Shown piece by piece: positions 1-10,100 of a DNA stretch of 64,000 nt. The stretch comes from Rebecca billardiae RCC1528 (lineage: Eukaryota > Protista > Haptophyta). Location: contig OZ251226.1 in the NCBI GenBank assembly GCA_965240325.2, positions 434,001-498,000 of the forward strand. The letters run 5' to 3'. How positions within the stretch are numbered: the first letter of the stretch is position 1; each line of letters begins with the position of its first letter. Under the pieces are notes generated by a model that was not told where the DNA came from, ran no database searches, and saw only the letters and a program-made list of their open reading frames with translations. The position numbers and the translations under genes are program-made.

Positions 1-545
1 GCCGGTTCAACGAGCTACAGTACGCGGCAACTGGCGCCACCACGACACGTGCTCGACTCGTACGAGTAACGAGCACGTGGACTGCCGCGTCTACAACCTC
101 GAGCAGCACGTCGAGCGGCTCTTCCGCGGGACTCTGACAGAATGTCGCGCCGGTTGGCGCGGTTTGGCTCCGAGACTTCCGATGCCGGCCAGGTGACCTC
201 CGCCTGACAGAGTAGTCCAGACCGATCGGCGCCGCGCCGGCACGCCCCGCGGCCCCGCGCGAAACGGAAAGACACGACGCCACTGCCCAATCACCGCCCC
301 ACATGGAGCGCAGCGGAGCTCAGGCGCAGCATCGCGGACTAGTACTGCCGTCGCAGCTCCGAGCACGGAGCAGACGAGGCGCGCATCATGATGCGCAAGG
401 GCGCGAAGCCCAAGCAGTTCAGTGATAGTTAATCAGTGACTACGATGACGACGAATGCGGAATGACGTAGTTTACATCCCAAGGCCAAGGCGCGACGTCT
501 GCACGGCACGCGCTTCATGGCTTCAGCTATCCGCACCGCACCTAC
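1..545 (+). pseudogene. Degenerate copy of the 3' part of the sulfotransferase-like gene at 2409-3347
   Basis: Colinear similarity to 3041-3330, e.g. ccggttcaacgagct, ctcgactcgtacgag, gactgccgcgt.tacaacctcgag, gagcggctcttccgcg, gggcgcgaagcccaag. The copy is broken by many short insertions and frameshifts. Its 5' part lies outside the window. Confidence 0.85.
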
Positions 546-567
546 TGGCTCCGTCTGCGCATACTCG

Positions 568-2334
568 TCACCATCTCTGGCCTCCGATCTTCCAAGGGGC
601 TGCTTGCCTCTGCAGCCCACTCGCCTGCTTCCTGAACCTGGCCTTGCTGCCCGCGTTGAAGTGCCTGCCCCACAGGCACACGTCGTCGTCGCCGCGCACG
701 CGCACCGTCGACGCGGCCAGCTTGCGCGCCGCCGCTAGCCGCTCGCGCAGCACTTGGACGTTGGTGTACAGCTCCGCCCTCGTGGCAGGGCGGCCCAAGC
801 GCTGGCCGTGGAGCACGGCGGTCGGGTGCCGCGGGTCGATCCAGCCGTGCGCGAGAAGGTCGGCGCCCGAGATGAAGTGCGCCGTCGTGTGCGCGCGCCA
901 CGCGCAGCCGCGAGCGCTCGGCCGCTGGCCGGGCGCGCACTGCGCCGCCTTGGGGTGCGAGTACCAGTGGCCGACCACGCGATCGGTCGCGTTGGCGAGG
1001 GGGACGAACTCCTGCAGGAACTCGATGCCCTTCCTCGCCGCGCGAGTGGCCGCGTCCGCCCCGGCGTCCGGCGCCAGCCGCGTCCTCTGAATGACCGGCG
1101 GCGGGTCCACCACCTCCATCCGGCCGACCGCGCGTCGCGCCGCCCGCTCGTCGCCGTCGCAGCCGCACGTGAACAGAGGGAAGTCTCGCGGGTACGTGCG
1201 GTCGCACCGCGCGGTGTCGCGGCGCGCGATCACGCGGTCTGTGGCGAGCGCGCACTCGCACGCGCCGCGCCAGCACTCCGGCTTGCTCTCGTCGATCAGG
1301 TTGTACATGAGCGGGTCCTTCTTTCGCCGCATCGCGCGCAGCCATCCGAAGCAGCGCGAGTTGCACGAGAGGTACTCGCCATACTGAGGCACCACGCCGG
1401 CCGCGCGCCACTGCACGCAGCGGTGTGAGGTGGTGGCGAGCGAGGCGTTGGGGAAGGGCGCGCGGCGCGGCGAGCTCGGCGGCGGGTCGGGCCGCTTGTC
1501 GAGGCTGAGGATGTACCGCGAGTTGGTCAGCAGCCACGCGACGCCGCCCACGTCTGCCGTGTTGGCGTCGCCCAGCTGGTCGGGGCCCTCGCAGCCGCCG
1601 TTCGGGCAGAAGTCAGTGACGCGCAGCACGCCGGTCGCGACCACGCCGTGCGGCAGCGTGCGGAAGTGCTCGACGGGCGACCACGGCCACGTCCGCCCGC
1701 GCGGGGGCGCGTCGTGCGCGCGCACGCGCACGGCGTACTGCGTCGCGGGCCTCAAGGCCTGCAGCAGCAGCCGGTGGTTGAGGTGCGGCGGCGTCGGAAA
1801 CCCGATCTGGTGCTGCAGCGCCGCGCGCGGCGGCGGGTCGCGCACGGGGACGATCTCGGGGCCGTCGTCGGCGCCGGAGTGGTTCGACTGCCACCACTCC
1901 ACCGTGTACACCGTGTGGCCCCGTGAGCCTGGCGTCGGCAGCCGCCAGCTCAGGTCGAGCGTGGTCGAGGTGGGCGCCGCGTGCAGCTGCACGAGCCCCA
2001 CCTGCCCGGGCGCGAGCGGCTCCGTCCGGCACGAGCAGCAGCGCTCGCGGCGCGACCACACGTCGTCCTTGTCCAGCGTGCGCGTCCAGAGCTGGTACGT
2101 CGTCTCCGGCACCAGCCGCGAGACGTGCAGCGCGGCCGCGTCGCGCTTGTGAAACGTGAGGGCGAGCTGAGGCTGGCAGCCCGCGTCGCCGGCGCAGAGC
2201 TGCAGCTCCGTGGCCAGCCCGGAGGGGCTGCTGAGAGTGACCGAGAGCGCGCTCGGGCCCGCCGCGACGCAGCTCCCGCCGGCGCGGACCGACCCCACGG
2301 CGCACGCCGAGAGCAAGAGCGCGCGGATCAGCAT
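568..2334 (-). CDS. Secreted fibronectin type III domain protein with Cys-rich C-terminal region (~588 aa)
   Basis: Likely start MLIRALLLSACAVGSVRAG (signal peptide) inside ORF 568..2589. FN3 signatures TSTTLDLSW, YTVEW, LRPATQYAVRVRA and WS, plus a second partial FN3 (LVPETTYQLWTRT). Confidence 0.7.
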   Translation of the reverse strand: MLIRALLLSACAVGSVRAGGSCVAAGPSALSVTLSSPSGLATELQLCAGDAGCQPQLALTFHKRDAAALHVSRLVPETTYQLWTRTLDKDDVWSRRERCCSCRTEPLAPGQVGLVQLHAAPTSTTLDLSWRLPTPGSRGHTVYTVEWWQSNHSGADDGPEIVPVRDPPPRAALQHQIGFPTPPHLNHRLLLQALRPATQYAVRVRAHDAPPRGRTWPWSPVEHFRTLPHGVVATGVLRVTDFCPNGGCEGPDQLGDANTADVGGVAWLLTNSRYILSLDKRPDPPPSSPRRAPFPNASLATTSHRCVQWRAAGVVPQYGEYLSCNSRCFGWLRAMRRKKDPLMYNLIDESKPECWRGACECALATDRVIARRDTARCDRTYPRDFPLFTCGCDGDERAARRAVGRMEVVDPPPVIQRTRLAPDAGADAATRAARKGIEFLQEFVPLANATDRVVGHWYSHPKAAQCAPGQRPSARGCAWRAHTTAHFISGADLLAHGWIDPRHPTAVLHGQRLGRPATRAELYTNVQVLRERLAAARKLAASTVRVRGDDDVCLWGRHFNAGSKARFRKQASGLQRQAAPWKIGGQRW

Positions 2335-2408
2335 GCAGATCTGGTTTTTGAAGGAGCCCAGGACCTGGCCGCCGATCTCGATACGCCTCAACCAAGACAG
2401 TGTGCACG

Positions 2409-3347
2409 ATGGGCCATGGAGGCGGCGCGGCCCGTGCCGTGGTGGCGCTCGCGAGCGCATGGATGGTGGCACTCGCAGCGTGCACGGTTTCTGCCAAAAT
2501 GGAGCGGGCCAAACTGAGGCAGCAAGTGCAGCTCCTCCGGAACGCGACGATGCTCGTGACCTTTGGCGAGGAGCGGTGCGCGTCCACATTCCAATTCTAC
2601 GCGCTCACACGGATCGCACAGGTCCTGCACAGCCCGACCGCGGTGCGTCGGCACTACCGGCGCCGGCTGAACGACACGAGCTTGGCCGCGATCGCGGCCA
2701 GTGCAGGCACGATCCACGTCGTCAAGACCCACTCGCTGCCCGAGCTGAGCGCCCAGCCGCCCAGCTGGCTCGCCTACTTCCAGGCCCTGTACTTCCCACA
2801 GGTCCACATGATCAGGCGGAGGAAGTGGCTCTCGCACGCGCGCAACGGGACGCCGTGGGCGATCGTCGAGCCGGTGTACAAGCAGGTGTACGTGCACATG
2901 CTGCAGCACGGCTGGGAGTCCGAGCTCGCGGAGTACACTCGGCTCTTTGGCCTGGCGCCGCCGCAGAGCGCGGCGCTGCACGCGCACCTCCGCTACTGGT
3001 CCATCCTGCGCCGCTGCTGCGGGCTGCAGGCGTCAATCGACCGGTTCAACGAGCTGCGCGGCAAGCCGCCACGGCACGCGCTCGACTCGTACGAGCACGT
3101 CGACTGCCGCGTGTACAACCTCGAGCACGTCGAGCGGCTCTTCCGCGAGACCAGCATCTCGCGCCGGTTTGGCTCCGACTTTGAGGCGTCCTCCGGACCG
3201 ACCGGCGCCGAGCTGGCGCCGGACTACTGCCGCGGCTCTGAGGCGCGGATGCGCGAGGGCGCGAAGCCCAAGTTCAACGTGTTCATCCCGAGGCGCGACT
3301 TCCACACGCGCTTCGGCTACCCGCCATTCCGTCGGCGGCGATCATGA
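2409..3347 (+). CDS. Sulfotransferase-like (P-loop) protein with N-terminal signal/anchor
   Basis: Coding-like codon use and hydrophobic N-terminus. LVTFGEERCASTF resembles the 5'-PAPS-binding loop and VVKTH the conserved sulfotransferase motif. Family call is from motif resemblance only. Confidence 0.55.
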   Translation: MGHGGGAARAVVALASAWMVALAACTVSAKMERAKLRQQVQLLRNATMLVTFGEERCASTFQFYALTRIAQVLHSPTAVRRHYRRRLNDTSLAAIAASAGTIHVVKTHSLPELSAQPPSWLAYFQALYFPQVHMIRRRKWLSHARNGTPWAIVEPVYKQVYVHMLQHGWESELAEYTRLFGLAPPQSAALHAHLRYWSILRRCCGLQASIDRFNELRGKPPRHALDSYEHVDCRVYNLEHVERLFRETSISRRFGSDFEASSGPTGAELAPDYCRGSEARMREGAKPKFNVFIPRRDFHTRFGYPPFRRRRS

Positions 3348-3997
3348 TGATCAACCGGACCGAGCGCATCATGACGAACTCATCATCAGCAGTGTCAGCA
3401 GCAGCATTTATTATATTAGGCGAACGAAGTGACAGTGACAAAGCCTCCGCGCGTGACCGGGCTACTTGTATACCGCGATATATATGGCCATACTACTAGG
3501 TACGTCACCCCGTCGGACCGTAGTGGTTCACAACTTCTAATAATGATGCCACTGCGCGCACCGCCTTAGATTATTCAGCGCGGTGCGGGCCGGCCCCGCG
3601 GCGACCGCATTAATGAAGCAGGCAAGCCTGGGCTCGACACTCGACAGGTCGGGATCGAGACCACATGTGAGGTTCGACGTCCTCTCCAAGGACGCCTGCG
3701 TGGCGGGCGAACCCCCTTCACCATCTGCTGACATGTGCAGCACCCTACGTTGGGCCGCGCGAACGCGGGATTTAGAGGCCGCGGTCGACACGTGATCGCT
3801 AGCAGTCGGCAAGCAGCGACAAGGAGCCGGCGTTGCGGGCCACCAAGGTGTCTCAAGGCTCTGCGCATACCCGCAGACGACCTGCGAGGCCACCTGTGCC
3901 GCCACAACCGCACCGCTAGTGCGTGGATTCCCGGCGTACGCTCGCTTGACCACGCCGCCGCCGGCCAGGCAGCCATGCCGGCATAAACGGGTGGGGC

Positions 3998-4120
3998 TTA
4001 CTGTGCACGTTAAAACATAGTAAACTGTATTCGGGCGTCAATCTCGCCTGCCTGAGCTGTGTGCGTCTCTTATTCTTAGTAAACTGTATAGTAAACTGCA
4101 TGGTACTATCATAAACTGTA
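3998..4120. repeat. Dispersed repeat containing a solo TIR (4042-4078) of the MITE at 49911-50382
   Basis: tctcgcctgcctgagctgtgtgcgtctcttattctta matches the MITE ends. The flanks ttactgtgcacgttaaaacat and gtactatcata are shared with 49878-50405. gtaaactgtat occurs at 4020-4030 and 4079-4089. Confidence 0.75.
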
Positions 4121-4190
4121 ACACGATTCGACGCCGCCGGTGCCCGGTGGACAAAGAGCCTCGAGCGCCGCTCGACACGGCTTGGCCATC

Positions 4191-7100
4191 ATGTCCCCTG
4201 CCAGCCTCGTCGGCGAGGAAGTGGTGATCATCGGCAGCGGCGCCCGTGCGCGCGTGAGCGAGTGCATCGGCGATGGCCGTCTCGTGCTTGCTCCGGGCAG
4301 CACGATCCGCGACGTCAGGCCCGACCGCGTGCTCGCGCTGCCCCTCGCGCCCAGCTCCGCGCGGTACTTCAACGAGCACAACCTCGACTTCGACACGCGC
4401 GTCGGCGACGGCTTCGTCGACCCCGGCATCTGGATGTCAAGTGATGCTGCGCTACCCGCGCCAGAGGATCTTGCTCGCCGTCACGCTGGCTCGCCAGGTG
4501 GCTGCGAGGTGCTCGTGGTCGACACGCGCATCGACGCGGCCTTGCGCGACCACATCGAGGTGGCTCGCTCTCGGCTGCAGCCCATCACGGACAAGCGCGA
4601 TCGCATCAAGGTGCTGGGCGCGCACGTGTCCGAGCTGCTCGGGGGCTTTGCGGGCAATCTCGTCGAGGAGTGCAAGCACGACATCTACGCGCTCGTGCAG
4701 GCGAAGGGCTCGATTCTCGTGCCGCTCGGCGAAATCTCGCACGGCGTGTGCCGGCACCGCGCGCTGCTCTTCAAGGTGCTGTGCGACGCGGTGGGCATCG
4801 AGTGCGCGCTGGTGCGCGGCGACTTCGCGGGGAATAGGTCTGCTGGACGGCACGCGTGGAACGTGGTGCACGTCTACGGCAGTGCGCACATCGTCGACGT
4901 GATGCACCGGCCGGGCGAGATCTACCGGCGAGACGACGAAGAGAAGTGTGCGCGCTACCACCGCTTCGCCGAGCGCGGCGCTGGCGGCGCTGCGCAGCAT
5001 CACGGTGCCGGTCTGAACAGCCTGCCCGCGCCAGCGCCGCGTCCGGAGTGGTACGTGCGCCCGGCCGAGGTCGAGATCGAGCGCGGAGCGGATGGCGGTG
5101 AGGTGCTGCTCGGCAGCGGCGGCTTTGGGCGCGTGTACGCGGCGCGGCTTGGGGGCGCGCAGCCGGTCGCAGTGAAGCGGCTGAACGCAGCGGGGTCCCA
5201 AGCGCGCAGCGAGTTTGAGCGCGAGGTGGCGATGCTGCACCAGCTGCGCCACGCGCACATCGTGAGCTTCTACGGCGCGTGCGACGTGCAGGAGAATCTG
5301 ATGATCATCACCGAGCGCATGCGCGGCGGCAGCCTGAGCGACGCACTCGCGATTGAGCCGACGCGCGTGGCGTGGGCGGCGGTCGGGCAGCGGATCGCGC
5401 TGCACGTGGCGTTAGCGCTGCACTACCTGCACACGCTCGAGCCGCCCGTGGTGCACTACGACGTCAAGCCGGCCAACGTGCTCCTCACAGAGGACTACGG
5501 TCTGGCCAAGCTCGCCGACGTGGGGCTGGCGCGCACCAAGTCGCACTCACGCGTGACGGTGCCAGGGTTCACGCTCGCGTTTGCCGCGCCCGAGGTGCTG
5601 CTCGGCCGCCACGCGAGCGAGAAGGCCGACATCTTCAGCGCCGGCGTGCTCGTCGAGGTGCTGCTCACGCAGCAGCAGCCGAACGGGCGGGCGCGCGCTC
5701 GACTGCCAGCCGGCACGCCAGTTGCAGTCCGCCGCCTGCAGGAGCGCTGCCTGCGAGAGGAACCAGTGCTCCGGCCCAGTGCGTCCGAGCTCGTCGTGGC
5801 GCTTGAGGGCGCAGCCCATGCAGCCGATGCGGCTGAGAGGGCGCTTGGTGGCGCGGCGGCGGTGCGCGCCGCTCCGCACATGGCTGCGCAGCCGTCGCTG
5901 CACGAGCCGCCCGTCGCAGTGGCAGGCCCCGCCGCTGCTGCTGTGCTCGGATCGGCAGCGCTGGCAGCAATGGGCTGGGCTGAGCTCTGCGCTGCCATCC
6001 ACACCGCCACGTCCGATCCAGCCACAGCTGAGTGCGCGGTGAGAGTAGCTGCGACGCGGACGCGATCGGAAACCGAAGCTAGGCAGCACGCGGCCGAGGC
6101 GGGCGCGCTCGGCGCGGTGGTGGGCGCGATGCGCGCGCACACGGCGAATGCAGGCGTGCAGGAGCAGGCGTGCCGGGCGCTGGCCAACATCTGCGCTGGC
6201 ACCGATACGGCTGTTGACGCGCGCGAGCAGCAGGCGGCCGAGGCGGGCGCGCTTGGCGCGGTGGTTGGCGCGATGCGCGCGCACACGGCGCACGCGGGCG
6301 TGCTGGAGCAGGCGTGCCGGGCGCTGGTCAACATCTGCGCTGGCACCGATTCGTCTGGCCTCACACGCGAGCAGCAGGCGGCCGAGGCGGGCGCGCTTGG
6401 CGCGGTGGTGGGCGCGATGGGCGCACACACGGCGCACGCGGGCGTGCAGCAGTATGGGTGCTGGACGCTGGTCAACATCTGTGCTGGCACCGATGCGGCT
6501 GGCTACGCGCGCAAGCAGCAGGCGGCCGAGGCGGGCGCGCTTGGCGCGGTGGTGGGCGCGATGGGCACGCACATGGCGCGCGCGGGCGTGCAGGAGCAGG
6601 CGTGCGCAGCGCTGCGCAACATCTGTGATGGCGGCGATGCGGCTGGCCTCGTGCGCAAGCAGCAGGCGGCCGAGGCGGGCGCGCTCGGCGCGGTGGTGGG
6701 CGCGATGGGCGCGCACACGGCACACACAGGCGTGCAGCAGTACGGGTGCTGGGCGCTGCGCAACATCTGCTGGGGCGGCGATGCGGCTGGCGACGCGCGC
6801 AAGCAGCAGGCGGCCGAGGCGGGCGCGCTTGGCGCGGTGGTGGGCGCGATGGGCGCGCACACAGCGCACGCGGGCGTGCAGGAGCAGGCGTGCGCGGCGC
6901 TGCGCAACATCTGTGATGGCGGCGATGCGGCTGGCCTCGCGCGCAAGCAGCAGGCGGCCGAGGCGGGCGCGCTCGGTGCGGTGGTGGGCGCGATGGGCAC
7001 ACACACGGCGCACGCGGGCGTGCAGCAGTACGGGTGCTGGACGCTGGTCAACATCTGTGCTGGCACCGATGCGGCTGGCTACGCGCGCAAGCAGCAGGCG

Positions 7101-10100
7101 GCCGAGTCGGGCGCGCTCGGCGCGGTGGTGGGCGCGTTGGGCACGCACATGGCGCGCGCGGTCGTGCAGGAGCAGGCGTGCGCAGCGCTGCGCAACATCT
7201 GTGATGGCGGCGATGCGGCTGGCCTCGTGCGCAAGCAGCAGGCGGCCGAGGCGGGCGCGCTCGGCGCGGTGGTGGGCGCGATGGGCGCGCACACGGCACA
7301 CACAGGCGTGCAGCAGAACGGGTGCTGGGCGCTGCGCAACATCTGCTGGGGCGGCGATGCGGCTGGCGACGCGCGCAAGCAGCAGGCGGCCGAGGCGGGC
7401 ACACTCGGCGCTGTGTTGAGCGCGATGGGTGCGCACACGGCGCATGCGGGCGTGCAGGAGCAGGCGTGCGCAGCGCTGCGCAACATCTGTGATGGCGGCG
7501 ATGCGGCTGGCCTCGCGCGCAAGCAGCAGGCGGCCGAGGCGGGCGCGCTCGGTGCGGTGGTGGGCGCGATGGGCGCACACACGGCGCACGCGGGCGTGCA
7601 GCAGTATGGGTGCTGGACGCTGGTCAACATCTGCGCTGGCACCGATGCGGCTGGCCTCGCGCGCAAGCAGCAGGCGGCCGAGGTGGGTGTGCTTGGCGCG
7701 GTGGTGGGCGCGATGGGCGCACACACGGCGCACGCGGGCGTGCAGCAGTATGGGTGCTGGACGCTGGTCAACATCTGTGCTGGCACCGATGCGGCTGGCT
7801 ACGCGCGCAAGCAGCAGGTGGCCGAGGCGGGCGCGCTTGGCGCGGTGGTGGGCGCGATGGGCACGCACATGGCGCGCGCGGGCGTGCAGGAGCAGGCGTG
7901 CGCAGCGCTGCGCAACATCTGTGATGGCGGCGATGCGGCTGGCCTCGCGCGCAAGCAGCAGGCGGCCGAGGCGGGCGCGCTCGGCGCGGTGGTGGGCGCG
8001 TTGGGCGCACACACAGCGCACGCGGGCGTGCAGCAGTACGGGTGCTGGACGCTGGTCAACATCTGCGCTGGCACCGATGCGGCTGGCTACGCGCACAAGC
8101 AGCAGGCGGCCGAGGCGGGCGCGCTTGGCGCGGTGGTGGGCGCGATGGATGCGCACACGGCACACACAGGCGTGCAGCAGTATGGGTGCTGGGCGCTGCG
8201 CAACATCTGCTTTGGCGGCGATGCGGCTGGCGAGACGCGCAAGCAGCAGGCGGCCGAGGCGGGCGCGCTCGGCGCGGTGGTGGGCGCGTTGGGCGCGCAC
8301 ACAGCGCACGCGGGCGTGCAGGAGCAGGCGTGCGCGGCGCTGCGCAACATCTGTGATGGCGGCGATGCGGCTGGCCTCGCGCGCAAGCAGCAGGCGGCCA
8401 AGGTGGGTGTGCTTGGCGCGGTGGTGGGCGCGATGGGCGCACACACGGCGCACGCGGGCGTGCAGCAGTACGGGTGCTGGACGCTGGTCAACATCTGCGC
8501 TGGCACCGATGCGGCTGGCTACGCGCACAAGCAGCAGGCGGCCGAGGCGGGCGCGCTTGGCGCGGTGGTGGGCGCGATGGGCACGCACATGGCGCGCGCG
8601 GGCGTGCAGGAGCAGGCGTGCGCAGCGCTGCGCAACATCTGTGATGGCGGCGATGCGGCTGGCCTCGCGCGCAAGCAGCAGGCGGCCAAGGTGGGTGTGC
8701 TTGGCGCGGTGATGGGCGCGATGGGCGCACACACGGCGCACGCGGGCGTGCAGCAGTACGGGTGCTGGACGCTGGTCAACATCTGCGCTGGCACCGATGC
8801 GGCTGGCTACGCGCACAAGCAGCAGGCGGCCGAGGCGGGCGCGCTTGGCGCGGTGGTGGGCGCGATGTGTGCTCACACGGCACACACAGGCGTGCAGCAG
8901 TATGGGTGCTGGGCGCTGCGCAACATCTGCTTTGGCGGCGATGCGGCTGGCGACGCGCGCAAGCAGCAGGCGGCCGAGGCGGGCGCACTCGGCGCGGTGG
9001 TGGGCGCGTTGGGCGCGCACACAGCGCACGCGGGCGTGCAGGAGCAGGCGTGCGCGGCGCTGCGCAACATCTGTGATGGCGGCGATGCGGCTGGCCTCGC
9101 GCGCAAGCAGCAGGCGGCCAAGGTGGGTGTGCTTGGCGCGGTGGTGGGCGCGATGGGTGCGCACACGGCACACACAGGCGTGCAGCAGTATGGGTGCTGG
9201 GCGCTGCGCAACATCTGCTGGGGCGGCGATGCGGCTGGCGAGACGCGCAAGCAGCAGGCGGCCGAGGCGGGCGCGCTTGGCGCGGTGGTGGGCGCGTTGG
9301 GCGCGCACACAGCGCACGCGGGCGTGCAGGAGCAGGCGTGCGCGGCGCTGCGCAACATCTGTGATGGCGGCGATGCGGCTGGCCTCGCGCGCAAGCAGCA
9401 GGCGGCCGAGGCGGGCGCGCTCGGCGCGGTGGTGGGCGCGATGGGCGCGCACACGGCACACACAGGTGTGCAGCAGTATGGGTGCTGGGTGCTGCGCAAC
9501 ATCTGCTGGGGCGGCGATGCGGCTGGCGACGCGCGCAAGCAGCAGGCGGCCGAGGCGGGCGCGCTTGGCGCGGTGGTGGGCGCGATGGGCGCACACACGG
9601 CGCACGCGGGCGTGCAGCAGTACGGGTGCTGGACGCTGGTCAACATCTGCGCTGGCACCGATGCGGCTGGCTACGCGCACAAGCAGCAGGCGGCCGAGGC
9701 GGGCGCGCTTGGCGCGGTGGTGGGCGCGATGTGTGCTTACACGGCACACACAGGCGTGCAGCAGTATGGGTGCTGGGCGCTGCGCAACATCTGCTTGGGC
9801 GGCGATGCGGCTGGCGACGCGCGCAAGCAGCAGGCGGCCGAGGCGGGCGCACTCGGCGCTGTGGTGAGCGCGATGGGTGCGCACACGGCGCACACGGGCG
9901 TGCAGGAGCAGGCGTGCGCAGCGCTGCGCAACATCTGTGATGGCGGCGATGCGGCTGGCCTCGCGCGCAAGCAGCAGGCGGCCGAGGCGGGCGCGCTCGG
10001 CGCGGTGGTGGGCGCGATGGGCGCGCACACGGCACACACAGGTGTGCAGCAGTACGGGTGCTGGGTGCTGCGCAACATCTGCTGGGGCGGCGATGCGGCT

